A program made the translations under genes and the position numbers. From the IMG/VR virus record IMGVR_UViG_3300011334_000503: DNA of 64,000 nucleotides; one strand, written 5' to 3'. Under the pieces are notes generated by a model that searched no databases, had not been told where the DNA came from, and was given only the letters and a program-made list of their open reading frames with translations. Positions 35,886-45,364 of the stretch are shown here, piece by piece. How positions within the stretch are numbered: the first letter of the stretch is position 1; the number at the start of each line of letters is the position of its first letter. This stretch comes from an uncultured virus (IMG/VR IMGVR_UViG_3300011334_000503) (taxonomy: Duplodnaviria; Heunggongvirae; Uroviricota; Caudoviricetes).

Positions 35886-36398
35886 TTATTTTTTCTTAGC
35901 GTCTGCTACTTTCTTTTTAGCTTCGGCTTCTTTTTTCTTTTTTTCGTCTTCGGCTTTCTTTTTCTTGGCCTCTAGCTCTTTCTTCTTTTTATCTTCAACT
36001 TTCTTTTTAGAAGCGTCTTTTACTGCTTCCATCAGAGTGTTAAGATCGAGAACTTCTTCGAGTTCTTCTGCAGTTACTTCAGGTTTATCGCTTTTAGACT
36101 GTATTTTGCTCTTTACTTTTTTAGCAAGGTTAACAATTCCAGCAGTTAAACCAGTACCAGCTGCTACAGCTGCTAAAATTTGTCCAGCTAATTCCATAGC
36201 TTGTACTTGATCTGGACTCATACCTACGTATTCGTTCATTTCGTCGCCTTCTTCCATGTAGTCGTCGCCTTCTTCCATTTCTTTGTCGCCGTAGTGACCT
36301 TCTTCCATTCCGTGTTTCTTATCAAGTTCAGCTTGAATTGCTTCGTAGAGGTGTTTTGGTACCTTTACTCTTACTTTTGTATTTTCTGTTAGTTTCAT
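35886..36398 (-). CDS. charged low-complexity protein with MEEG repeats and Lys-rich tail
   Basis: MEEGHYGDKEMEEGDDYMEEGDEMNE; C-terminus rich in K/E/A. Confidence 0.7.
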   Translation of the reverse strand: MKLTENTKVRVKVPKHLYEAIQAELDKKHGMEEGHYGDKEMEEGDDYMEEGDEMNEYVGMSPDQVQAMELAGQILAAVAAGTGLTAGIVNLAKKVKSKIQSKSDKPEVTAEELEEVLDLNTLMEAVKDASKKKVEDKKKKELEAKKKKAEDEKKKKEAEAKKKVADAKKK

Positions 36399-36419
36399 TT
36401 TATTTTTTGTTATTTTTTA

Positions 36420-38189
36420 TTATCCTCCGAAAGAAGTTCCTGTTGGCAATACGTTGAAGTCAAGTTGGATAAATTCAGCTACTCTTGTAGGCTGTAGGTA
36501 TATCGTTCCAACCAATTGGTTCCTATCGATCACGTCTGGTGTGTTGTTTGTTTCGTCCATTACAACTTGGAAAGAGTAAAGACCCTGACGCTGTTGTACT
36601 GTTTCAAGATAAGGATTAACTTGGTTTAAGAAGCTGTTCCTTGTTACTTGAGTGTTTGGTTCGAATACGATTGTTTCTCCAATTTCCCTGATGTAACGCT
36701 TGAGTGCGATTAGCAACCTTCTAACGTTTACCCTATCAAGAGCAGAAGCTTTAGACTGTAGAGTCTTTTGACCGTATATTACTGTTCCAACTCCAGGGAA
36801 TGTTGCGATTGGGTTAACTTTACCTTGATAAAGTTGATTTCTATCGTTAACACTCAACCTTCTTTCTGGCCTTAGAACTGTAGACATTCCGCCTCTGTTA
36901 AGACCTGCTGGTGCGAACCATTCGGCACTTACTTTATCGTTGTATTCGTATACTGCTGGAACTAGAGTAGAAGCAGGAACAAAGTTAATTTTACCAGTTT
37001 CACGGCTAGAGATTTGTACCCATGGCCAATAAGTGGCTCCGTAAGAGTTATCAAAAGTTTGAGACTTACCGATAGCTGTGGATATGTTTTGACCGTAACA
37101 AGTCATGTCTACTACTGCGATTGCGTCTCCTCTGTTTTGAGCAAGAGCTACAACATCGTTTACTAAACTATGTCCGTTTTGATCATTCATTCCTGGAACA
37201 TAGATTACGTTGAAATCGTAAGCGTCTGCGTTTTGAAGTAGACTTACTCCTACAGCGTAGTTTTCTACGAATACTCCCTGAACGTTTGTATCATCAGTGA
37301 CTACTGTAGAGTTATTGATTTTAATGTTCTCAAACAAGTTAAGTTTAGATTTGCCAAAGCATCCCCAAATAGCTCCTGTAGCTGTTCCAAAAGTTCCTTG
37401 TTGAGATCCTGATCCTATTACAGGAATGGAAGCAGTATACTGTGAATAAGGTTGACCGTATTGGTTAAGATATCCAGGAGTTGGTAGATCTACTTGCTTT
37501 ACTCTTACGTACCTTGACTTATTAGGATAAGATCCGGTAATTTGTAAATAGTAACTTCCGTTTTCATTAACTGGAGTTTCTTTTGTATCACCTATTACGT
37601 AAGTAATAAAGTTGTTTTGGTTTGGATCTAGAGATATGTTATTCCAAGATTCTAATACAGTCTTATTGTCTTCGTAATCGTCTCCTCTTCTAACGATCAG
37701 GCTAAATAGTCCTGATCCTGTGTCTACGTTAGCGATTTCCCACCTAATATTGGCAGAAGATCCTGAAGGCAATGCTCCGCGTACTGATTGATTAACTTGA
37801 CCGTTGTTATTCATTACTGTACCTTCTGTAATTGTTTCCAGTACAAAAGAAGAAGTAAATACTCCAGCAGTTACTCTTCCTATAGAAGCTGTAGCTGAGG
37901 TATAAGATCCTGATGCTACTCGAGTTACCAAAAGAGAATCGCCACCTTGTTCAAAGTAATTGAGGGCAGCGATCGAAGTTAAGTATTCGTAAGGAGCTCC
38001 TCCGGAAACGAAAGCTGCTCCAAAAATAGATTTGTAATCAGAATATGAAGTAACTAAGGTTGGGTAGTTAACCGGTCCAGTTACGGTAGGACCCAAAATG
38101 GCCGCTCCTGCAGCTATAGGTCCTTGCGTTATTTGTGATAAGTCGTTCTCCGATACGAAGACACCTGGAGATATGAGAGTTTCAGCCAT
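36420..38189 (-). CDS. tail sheath protein (gp18-like)
   Basis: SPGVFVSEND, GPTVTGP, YWPW, WFAPAGLNRG, VNPI, GQKTL, RVNVRRL, FEPN, AEFI. Confidence 0.95.
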   Translation of the reverse strand: MAETLISPGVFVSENDLSQITQGPIAAGAAILGPTVTGPVNYPTLVTSYSDYKSIFGAAFVSGGAPYEYLTSIAALNYFEQGGDSLLVTRVASGSYTSATASIGRVTAGVFTSSFVLETITEGTVMNNNGQVNQSVRGALPSGSSANIRWEIANVDTGSGLFSLIVRRGDDYEDNKTVLESWNNISLDPNQNNFITYVIGDTKETPVNENGSYYLQITGSYPNKSRYVRVKQVDLPTPGYLNQYGQPYSQYTASIPVIGSGSQQGTFGTATGAIWGCFGKSKLNLFENIKINNSTVVTDDTNVQGVFVENYAVGVSLLQNADAYDFNVIYVPGMNDQNGHSLVNDVVALAQNRGDAIAVVDMTCYGQNISTAIGKSQTFDNSYGATYWPWVQISSRETGKINFVPASTLVPAVYEYNDKVSAEWFAPAGLNRGGMSTVLRPERRLSVNDRNQLYQGKVNPIATFPGVGTVIYGQKTLQSKASALDRVNVRRLLIALKRYIREIGETIVFEPNTQVTRNSFLNQVNPYLETVQQRQGLYSFQVVMDETNNTPDVIDRNQLVGTIYLQPTRVAEFIQLDFNVLPTGTSFGG

Positions 38190-38210
38190 TTATAATGTTT
38201 TTATCTAGCA

Positions 38211-38218
38211 ATAAATAT
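38211..38218 (-). promoter_or_regulatory. recurrent putative phage promoter ATATTTAT (representative copy, upstream of sheath)
   Basis: Same octamer upstream of starts at + strand positions 4663, 9457, 10025, 12710, 18558, 23407, 34223, 35285, 35871, 38790, 50123, 57746 and 62965. Confidence 0.7.
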
Positions 38219-38241
38219 CGAAACTTTTATCAAAATTAATA

Positions 38242-38487
38242 TTATTCAACTACGGTATATTCTCCGGTTTCTATATTGATAGAGATGTTTCCGTAATTAT
38301 CTCTTAGCTCAACAAAAAGCTTGTCTTCTTGACTTCTGACGTCTTTTATTTTTTCTCTTTGACTTTGCATTTGAAGCTCGAGAATCTCTTTTTGGTACTG
38401 TAATTCACCCAGAGCTGAGGCTATATCTAGCGCTTCCTTTTTAATGAAAGCTATTCTTTGTAATTCGTTTTCCGTAACTTTATTCAT
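38242..38487 (-). CDS. small coiled-coil protein
   Basis: Heptad pattern ending YGNISINIETGEY. Confidence 0.7.
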   Translation of the reverse strand: MNKVTENELQRIAFIKKEALDIASALGELQYQKEILELQMQSQREKIKDVRSQEDKLFVELRDNYGNISINIETGEYTVVE

Positions 38488-38490
38488 GAC

Positions 38491-38772
38491 TTATTTTTTT
38501 GCTTTTTTGGATTTTACTTCTTTAGTTTCAGTCTTTGGTGCAGCTTTTTTTGCAGTCTTTGATTTCAACTCGATAACTTTTTTTGGAGCTTCTTCCTTTA
38601 CCTTTTCTACTACTTCCTCAAGTTTTACTTTTTCGATTACTGACTCGAGCTTGTCTAGTTTGAGATCTTTTGTGAATTCTACTAAATCTGCAACTTTTAC
38701 TTTTGATTTTTGTAACTTGTAAACTACTGCTGCTATTACTACAATAGCTACGGCTAAAATTAATAATGTCAT
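38491..38772 (-). CDS. membrane-anchored Lys-rich protein
   Basis: N-terminal transmembrane helix and K/A/P-rich tail. Confidence 0.65.
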   Translation of the reverse strand: MTLLILAVAIVVIAAVVYKLQKSKVKVADLVEFTKDLKLDKLESVIEKVKLEEVVEKVKEEAPKKVIELKSKTAKKAAPKTETKEVKSKKAKK

Positions 38773-38820
38773 AAATTGTTTTTTTATTTATAAATATCTG
38801 TAAATAATAATAAATTTGCA

Positions 38821-39033
38821 TTAATCTTTAGACAATCCAAATTTAATCCACTTATACCACACTCTCTCATGTAAAAAATATATTAACGGTTTTATACATA
38901 ACTCTATTATTCCTACGGAAGAAGCCACCACAATATTGCCTGTGAGTATGTAACTAATTATCATTGTTTGTGATGTTCCTATACACCTATAGGATATGGC
39001 TTTAGCCAAGTGTCTCTTTATTGTTACCTTCAT
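38821..39033 (-). CDS. DUF2061-like small membrane protein
   Basis: RHLAKAISYR...KPLIYFLHERVW. Confidence 0.8.
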   Translation of the reverse strand: MKVTIKRHLAKAISYRCIGTSQTMIISYILTGNIVVASSVGIIELCIKPLIYFLHERVWYKWIKFGLSKD

Positions 39034-39373
39034 TGTCTATTATACCTTTTCTTATTTTTGTTCCACTGATATTTGAGATATCGCTTGGAGGCTCATGATA
39101 GATTACGTCATATCCAACTCCACGACCATAATTAACTGAATCTATGTCAGGAATTATCGAAACAAGCAATCTATCTTTATTTTCTATAAAGAAGTTTTCT
39201 TTTTTCAGATTTTCTAATATAGTCTGAGCGTTGTTAGGATTGTTTTCGTCTATTTCTACGTCTCTGATAGCGACCCAGACTAACTTTCCTTTCTGTAACT
39301 GTTGGTTGATTAACCACTCGTGGCCTTTGTGCCAATTTTGCCATCTTCCGATAAATAACGAATATTTTTTCAT
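39002..39373 (-). CDS. HxGH nucleotidyltransferase (cytidylyltransferase-like; candidate minimal ATP sulfurylase)
   Basis: FIGRWQNWHKGH and C-terminal ISGTKIR; overlaps the APS kinase gene. Confidence 0.7.
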   Translation of the reverse strand: MKKYSLFIGRWQNWHKGHEWLINQQLQKGKLVWVAIRDVEIDENNPNNAQTILENLKKENFFIENKDRLLVSIIPDIDSVNYGRGVGYDVIYHEPPSDISNISGTKIRKGIIDNEGNNKETLG

Positions 39374-39780
39374 ATACTTTTTATTTTATTTACGCATTCT
39401 TCTATTGACAATTTACTAGTATTCAAATGTAATACATTTTCTTTACTTGGGTAATCAAAATCTTCTACGTGGAAAGATTCTCTGCCTCTTTTTTCATCGT
39501 AAGTGAGATATATCCACTTAACTTCGTTACACATACTATTCAAGTACTCTCTAGATTCTTTGTACGGATATACCAAAGAAAGAATAACGTTGTATCCTAG
39601 AGAGTCTAGGTATATCGCTATATCGCTCGCTCTATTTAAGTTTTTTATTCTGCCTTCTCGACTGTAATCTTTGTTTGAAAACAACTGTCTCAAATTGTCT
39701 CCATCAATATTATGACCTTTTAACTGTTTTGCGATAGTACTTTTCCCTGAATGGGGCTGTCCAAACAATACGGTTACCAT
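39370..39780 (-). CDS. cysC: adenylylsulfate (APS) kinase-like protein
   Basis: GQPHSGKST P-loop, DGDNLR, DYSREGRIKNL, LVYPY. Confidence 0.8.
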   Translation of the reverse strand: MVTVLFGQPHSGKSTIAKQLKGHNIDGDNLRQLFSNKDYSREGRIKNLNRASDIAIYLDSLGYNVILSLVYPYKESREYLNSMCNEVKWIYLTYDEKRGRESFHVEDFDYPSKENVLHLNTSKLSIEECVNKIKSI

Positions 39781-39783
39781 ATC

Positions 39784-40605
39784 TTATTTTTTGTATTTAA
39801 AAGTTTCAAAATACCATCTAAAATTTTCGTATATCCAGTGACAAGTGTATTCTCCAAGAATATCTTTTGAATCATCAGGTAACGCTGATATTTTATTACG
39901 AATTGTATGATCTCCGTATATTCCATGTACAGTATCGTCTTCTACTGTTACTTGCTCTATGTGATTGTAATTGTGTTCGTACTGAGGAAGTCCAAAATAA
40001 TCATATACGCTTGTTATGACTGCTTTAGGATTTTCGCATAGATCTTCGTATCTTAAAAAAAGAAAATTGTTTGCTGTCTTGTCTAAAATAGACTGGTTTA
40101 ATTTTAAAAGCGCGTATCCAATTGGGTGAGACATTCCCCATATTTCAACTCTTTGTTGCGTAGTGATTCCAGTTAAGTCTTTGTTGTTTACTAGTCCGTC
40201 GTCTTTATCAGGATTGGCTCTAAACTTTTTCTCCATTGACGCAAAAATAGCCGGTAAATCTCTTACTAGTACTAATATTTTGGGATTTGGATTAATGTTA
40301 TTCAATAGAGAGTATTGAGCTCCCCAAGCTCTACTTTTGTCTAGTATGTATGGTTTGTCTGTTATAGCGCTAACGTATCCTTTTAAACCTTCTCTGCAAA
40401 AAGAGTACATACCTTTTTTCCACAATTCAGCGTCTCCGGCTTTAGCTTCTTGACTTCCATTATATCCTATTTTTGTGCCTAATACTAAGTCTACCATACC
40501 AGAAGTTGGAGTGACATAAAAATTAGGATTTTGTCCGATTATGTTTTGTAGTAACGTACTTCCTGCTCTAGGCATAGAAGATTGGTAAAATATGGTTTGT
40601 TCCAT
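39784..40605 (-). CDS. sulfotransferase
   Basis: MPRAGSTLL 5'-PSB loop, LVRDLPAIFAS 3'-PB motif, LRYEDLCENP. Confidence 0.88.
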   Translation of the reverse strand: MEQTIFYQSSMPRAGSTLLQNIIGQNPNFYVTPTSGMVDLVLGTKIGYNGSQEAKAGDAELWKKGMYSFCREGLKGYVSAITDKPYILDKSRAWGAQYSLLNNINPNPKILVLVRDLPAIFASMEKKFRANPDKDDGLVNNKDLTGITTQQRVEIWGMSHPIGYALLKLNQSILDKTANNFLFLRYEDLCENPKAVITSVYDYFGLPQYEHNYNHIEQVTVEDDTVHGIYGDHTIRNKISALPDDSKDILGEYTCHWIYENFRWYFETFKYKK

Positions 40606-40607
40606 TA

Positions 40608-41555
40608 TTATATGCTTTTTATTTTTTCTTCACTGAATATTTCTGTATAATCCATGTAAGGACATTCATGCAATACTCCATCTAAGTTGTAATCGAATAT
40701 GAATCCATCAATCTGTTTTGGAGCTATTTTAGGCTTATCTGCTACGATATTTGTGTGTAGATCGTATCCAAATACAGTAGGACACGTACCTATCCACAAA
40801 ACTGTTGAGGGCAATTTGAAAGATGCAGCTGCGTGTTGTAAACAAGAATCTATTAAAACTCTTTTACTAGACGAGATAAGAATCGCAAATAACTCCATGT
40901 TATTCATCGGCTGATCCACTACTTCTGCTCCAATTATCTTTTCGCAATCAGGTCTAGTTACTTGAAAGATGTGATAATCGTTTTTGTATTTTTTATATAT
41001 CTCGTTAGCTATTTCAAAAGGAATATCTCTACACCAAGAATAAGGATATTTTTGACCGGTTAACGGACCTCCGTTTGTTTGTAATACCATTGTTGGCCTA
41101 TCTCTAATCCACTGACGGACTGTCATTTGTTGGGCCATGTTAACAAAGATCTGTGGTTGTTGATTATTATACTGCACATCTATCAATTCTGACCAATTCT
41201 CTATGAGATGTTTTTTTCTTAGTATGTGTCCTGTTTGATGATAGGGTTCGTGTTTGTATATGATTGAATCCTTATCTTTTATATAATCTTCGTAAAAATA
41301 AGGTCTGCTTCCAGAAAAATACACCCTATCTGCGTAAGGATTGTTTAAGAATACTTCTGGATAGGAGACAACTAAGATTAGTTTTCTATCGGGATGTTTC
41401 TCTTTTATTGTTTGACATAGAGCTGTCGCTGCTATGTTTTTACCTAATCCGCCTTCTACTATCCAAATAATATATTTGTCTTCATTTGCTTTTTCTTTAC
41501 TTTCTCCAGCTAAAAAATTGTTTTTTATTTTTGGTACGTAAACGTTATTTTCCAT
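40608..41555 (-). CDS. glycosyltransferase, GT9 (heptosyltransferase)-like
   Basis: EGGLGKNIAATA, YPEVFLNNP, IDSCLQHAAASFKLPSTVLW. Confidence 0.78.
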   Translation of the reverse strand: MENNVYVPKIKNNFLAGESKEKANEDKYIIWIVEGGLGKNIAATALCQTIKEKHPDRKLILVVSYPEVFLNNPYADRVYFSGSRPYFYEDYIKDKDSIIYKHEPYHQTGHILRKKHLIENWSELIDVQYNNQQPQIFVNMAQQMTVRQWIRDRPTMVLQTNGGPLTGQKYPYSWCRDIPFEIANEIYKKYKNDYHIFQVTRPDCEKIIGAEVVDQPMNNMELFAILISSSKRVLIDSCLQHAAASFKLPSTVLWIGTCPTVFGYDLHTNIVADKPKIAPKQIDGFIFDYNLDGVLHECPYMDYTEIFSEEKIKSI

Positions 41556-42238
41556 TATATTATTTTTTTGAATAGTAACTCTGTTAAATTGTAAGTATCT
41601 CCTATTTTTTCTTTTGGCATTACGTTAAAAGCTATGCTTTTTCTTGGCATTTTGCTTTTATTTACAGGGACCGAATGAAACACGTGAGACGGAAATATTA
41701 ATAACAACCCTGGTGAATAGTTAACCGAAAAGACGTCCCAAGCGTACTCTGATTTTCTTCTATCGTTTTGATACTTTGGAGAAAGATAAGAGACATTAGT
41801 AGCAAATACGGGTTTGTGAAAAGATATTGCTGGCATATCTGGATCGTCTTCTCCGTAATAAAATACGCCTGATATTAAACTGTTTGGATGCGTATGCATC
41901 GTATGATGTTGTCCAGGATCTTTAATGGATATCCAAGATTGAGATAACGAATATTCTTCATAATCGTATAACATTATGTTTTTTCCAAAAAAATTAACGC
42001 TGTCTATTATAAAATTTTTTAAAGGTTCACACTCTTTAGCTTCTAGTATATATGTGTCTTTAGAATGATATCCATAATCTTGACTCATAGTTCCCATCAT
42101 TTCAGAGCGATCTAAAAAATCTATAGTTTTAGCTAGATCATTTTTAGTATATGTTGCAGTAAATAATGGACTCGGAAATAAAGGCAATACCTCTATTGTT
42201 TTTTGATCTAACATAACTTTTTTATTTATATCTTCCAA
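41555..42238 (-). CDS. 2OG-Fe(II) oxygenase-like protein (TIGR02466 type)
   Basis: LFPSP, HTHPNSLISGVFY, IFPSHVFHSV, RKSIAFN. Confidence 0.85.
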   Translation of the reverse strand: MEDINKKVMLDQKTIEVLPLFPSPLFTATYTKNDLAKTIDFLDRSEMMGTMSQDYGYHSKDTYILEAKECEPLKNFIIDSVNFFGKNIMLYDYEEYSLSQSWISIKDPGQHHTMHTHPNSLISGVFYYGEDDPDMPAISFHKPVFATNVSYLSPKYQNDRRKSEYAWDVFSVNYSPGLLLIFPSHVFHSVPVNKSKMPRKSIAFNVMPKEKIGDTYNLTELLFKKII

Positions 42239-42863
42239 AAATAATTTCGCTTATCGTTTCTTTGTCTCCTAAAGTTCCTTTTGTAAGAGCATTGACGCCT
42301 AAAGCTTTTCTAACTCTGTTAGTAGTATTTGGTGGAACTCCGTGAGTGAGGTATGATGGAAATATTATAAGATTACCTTGGTTTGGTTTAAAATAAATCT
42401 CTTCTTGAGAGTGTGGATAATTCTGAAAATCTGGTAATAAGGAAGGCTCTATATAAGATCTATTGTAAGATCTTGCTTCTTTGCTAAAGCAAATAGCTGC
42501 ATCATCTTCTTGTACGTCGTAGTAAAAAACTCCAGCTATTATAGTATTAGGATGCGTATGAGCTCTATGAAATTGACCAGGTTTTTTATAAGTTAACCAA
42601 GATTGTGCAAATTGAAGCTCTTTATATTCATATCTCATAACATCAGTAGCAAACTTTCTAAAGTGATCCATGATCCAATCTGATAGTGGTTTACATACTT
42701 CATTATCTATTACGTAACTATTTTTAGATATGGTTCCATAACCTCCATTAGGTTCGTTCATTTCTTGACTATCGAAATATTTTACTATATCTGTTAAGTT
42801 TTTATCGTACGTAGTCACATACAAAGGAGTAGGAAACAAATCAAATACTTTAGACTCTGTCAT
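42222..42863 (-). CDS. 2OG-Fe(II) oxygenase-like protein (TIGR02466 type)
   Basis: LFPTP, HTHPNTIIAGVFY, IFPSYLTHGV, RKALGVN. Confidence 0.85.
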   Translation of the reverse strand: MTESKVFDLFPTPLYVTTYDKNLTDIVKYFDSQEMNEPNGGYGTISKNSYVIDNEVCKPLSDWIMDHFRKFATDVMRYEYKELQFAQSWLTYKKPGQFHRAHTHPNTIIAGVFYYDVQEDDAAICFSKEARSYNRSYIEPSLLPDFQNYPHSQEEIYFKPNQGNLIIFPSYLTHGVPPNTTNRVRKALGVNALTKGTLGDKETISEIIFGRYK

Positions 42864-42864
42864 A

Positions 42865-43455
42865 TTAATCTTTTGCAGGTACTAGATTAAACGCTATAGA
42901 TATACGTTCTTTTTCGCTCTCGTTTCTTTCTACGTAGTGTTTTATCCAACTAGGAAAAAGATATAGAGTAGAAGTAACAGCTTTTTTTACGCAAACCGGA
43001 GAGTTTGCCATAGTGACCTCTTCCACTTTTCCGTTTAAAAAATAATCTGCGTTATCTGGTCTGACCAAAACTAGATCTCCCATGTTTTGTTCTGGAACGT
43101 CTACGTAATATACTCCTGAAAGGATACTTTTTTGATGATCATGCAACAAATTATAGTCGTGCTTTCCGTTAATGTTTATCCAAAAATTGCCGAATTTTAA
43201 TTCTATTCCAAGGTATCTAAAACAAACATCGTTTGAAAACACTGTTATATCGTTAATTAACTTATCTAAATCTTCAGGCGCAGGAGATAATAATTCATTA
43301 CTGTGCCAACCTCCTCTGTTTGATATTGTTGTACCAGGGAGTTTTTCTCTTGTTTGAAGACAGTAATCTTTTATCGATTCGTTATCTATTCCCGTAACTG
43401 GAACCTCCCATATAGGGGTAGGAAACCATAATTGTTCGTAAACTTTAAATTCCAT
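42865..43455 (-). CDS. 2OG-Fe(II) oxygenase-like protein (TIGR02466 type)
   Basis: WFPTP, SNRGGWHS, HDHQKSILSGVYY, FPSWIKHYV, RISIAFN. Confidence 0.85.
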   Translation of the reverse strand: MEFKVYEQLWFPTPIWEVPVTGIDNESIKDYCLQTREKLPGTTISNRGGWHSNELLSPAPEDLDKLINDITVFSNDVCFRYLGIELKFGNFWININGKHDYNLLHDHQKSILSGVYYVDVPEQNMGDLVLVRPDNADYFLNGKVEEVTMANSPVCVKKAVTSTLYLFPSWIKHYVERNESEKERISIAFNLVPAKD

Positions 43456-43471
43456 TATTTTATTTTTTCTA

Positions 43472-44092
43472 TTATTTAAAAGGTCTTCCGCCTGTCCAAA
43501 ATACTAAACACTTTCTTTGGCCTCTAGTTATCGGTGTTACTCGATGCATCAAGAATGATGGAAATATGATAACATCACCTTTTTCTCTAGGCACTGTAAT
43601 GAATTTATCTTTTGATCCCAACCAAATTTCAAAATCTCCTCCATCGTATTCCGAAGGATCAGAGAGCTGCACTGTCATAGCTAATTTTCTCTTATTTACT
43701 GCATAAGCTCCTACGTCCATGTGCCAATCTAGATGTCCCCCATCTTCAGGATATATAACATAATGAATAGGATCAGTAACGATGTCTATGTCGAATTTAA
43801 AAAGTTGTTCGTTTGCTTCTAAAGAAAGCGGAAATAACAACTCGTATAGCCACTTAGAGTGTAGATCGGGTTCTATATACGCGATGTCTCTATTATTTGT
43901 TTTTTTTGAATTTGTTACTGTTCCAAGTTCAGCTATTCCTGTAGTACCTTTTTCAAATTTATAATTATTATGTACCATATTTTCCAGATTAGAAATCATT
44001 TCGTCTGTAAATACGTTTTTAAAATAATAAAAGTTATTCCAATTACTTGTTGGAGTATCGTTATTGTAAGGCTTTAGGGAAATCATAACCAA
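43472..44092 (-). CDS. 2OG-Fe(II) oxygenase (PKHD/prolyl hydroxylase-like)
   Basis: DWHMD, RKLAMTVQLSDPSEYDGG, FPSFLMHRVTPITRGQR. Confidence 0.9.
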   Translation of the reverse strand: MVMISLKPYNNDTPTSNWNNFYYFKNVFTDEMISNLENMVHNNYKFEKGTTGIAELGTVTNSKKTNNRDIAYIEPDLHSKWLYELLFPLSLEANEQLFKFDIDIVTDPIHYVIYPEDGGHLDWHMDVGAYAVNKRKLAMTVQLSDPSEYDGGDFEIWLGSKDKFITVPREKGDVIIFPSFLMHRVTPITRGQRKCLVFWTGGRPFK

Positions 44093-44095
44093 ATT

Positions 44096-44677
44096 TTATT
44101 TGTAGTGCGTATACCAACCGGTAAGAATGTATTTATTTTCTGTGTTACTTGGAATGCCTCTGTGTAGGTGAGTCCAATCAGAAGGCCAAATTATAAGCTT
44201 TCCTTTTTCTGCTTTCTCTTTATGACCTTGATAGTAGAATTGAGTTTCTCCACCATCGTTAACCGTATTTAGGTAGATCATCCAAGCTAGCACTCGATTA
44301 GAATTAGTCAATCCTGCTCTTTCGCAATGCCATCCGTAAAATCCCTCTCCAGGTTGGTACCTTTGCATGTTAAAAGAAGTGTCTAGTCTGATGCTATCTA
44401 GTTTAGTCATAGCGTCTTCAAACTTTAGAGTATACTTCGCTACGTGATTTTCTATAACTTCGACTAGGTATTCTAAATGCTTGCTCCAAACTGGATTATT
44501 TAGATAAGTGGGATCGAAAGAAATATCAGTGGATTTTTTTATATCCTGCATTTCTACCAATTCTTCGTTAAATCTAAATTGACCTTTTCTTTTTAAAGGA
44601 GAATTTTCGAATAACTGTATAATTTCATCACAAAAAACCGTATCTAATGCTAGAGGACTAGAATAGATAAATTGCAT
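44096..44677 (-). CDS. 2OG-Fe(II) oxygenase (prolyl 4-hydroxylase-like)
   Basis: MQRY, WHCE, WMIYLN...GGET.F, WPSDWTHLHRG, KYILTGW. Confidence 0.9.
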   Translation of the reverse strand: MQFIYSSPLALDTVFCDEIIQLFENSPLKRKGQFRFNEELVEMQDIKKSTDISFDPTYLNNPVWSKHLEYLVEVIENHVAKYTLKFEDAMTKLDSIRLDTSFNMQRYQPGEGFYGWHCERAGLTNSNRVLAWMIYLNTVNDGGETQFYYQGHKEKAEKGKLIIWPSDWTHLHRGIPSNTENKYILTGWYTHYK

Positions 44678-45348
44678 TATTGGAGTAATTTTTTTTGTTC
44701 TATAACGTTTTCATGAGTCAACAAATTTTGCTGTTTTAGTCTTTCCATAGTTTGTAATGGACCCATGATATTTAGTACCTCAGTAGAATCAGAGCTTGCA
44801 TTTAGCGCTTGTGCTCTGTTAGCCAGTACGTGATGTAGACTTTGGGCCTGATGAGTGTTTGGATTCATGGCATCGAATGATCCGTCATTAAGTTCAGACT
44901 TAATTTCTGCCCATTTTTCTATCTCTCTAACTCTATCTTGAGCTGTTTGATCTAGAGAAGCTTTTTGATATAGATTTTCATCTAAGTCTATTTCTATTTC
45001 GCTTTTTTCTAAATCATCTGTGACTTCAGTTAGTTTTTTTAACAATTTAAGCCTCTTGATTTCGTTTCTTCTCATATCAAAAGACATGCCTATTAAGTTA
45101 TCTAACATGGCTGATTGTTCTCTTACAGCTTGCCAATACTTAGCTGCAGGAGTAGGAAAGCTGATGTCATTTAACACTGATACTCGCATTTCTGTTTCTG
45201 TTCTAAATATTTGTTTTTTGACCCAAGTGTCTTGTAGATCTTCTTTTAAAGAAAGTATAAGATTTGCGTCTTTTTCTTTTAGTACGCTAACTACTGGAAA
45301 CAATTGATCATTTACCGGAGATAGAGACTTATTTTGTTCTTCTTGCAT
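44677..45348 (-). CDS. coiled-coil hypothetical protein
   Basis: FRTETEMRVSVLND..FPTPAAKYWQAVREQ; first gene of the enzyme operon. Confidence 0.65.
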   Translation of the reverse strand: MQEEQNKSLSPVNDQLFPVVSVLKEKDANLILSLKEDLQDTWVKKQIFRTETEMRVSVLNDISFPTPAAKYWQAVREQSAMLDNLIGMSFDMRRNEIKRLKLLKKLTEVTDDLEKSEIEIDLDENLYQKASLDQTAQDRVREIEKWAEIKSELNDGSFDAMNPNTHQAQSLHHVLANRAQALNASSDSTEVLNIMGPLQTMERLKQQNLLTHENVIEQKKLLQ

Positions 45349-45364
45349 AACGTGATTATTTTAT

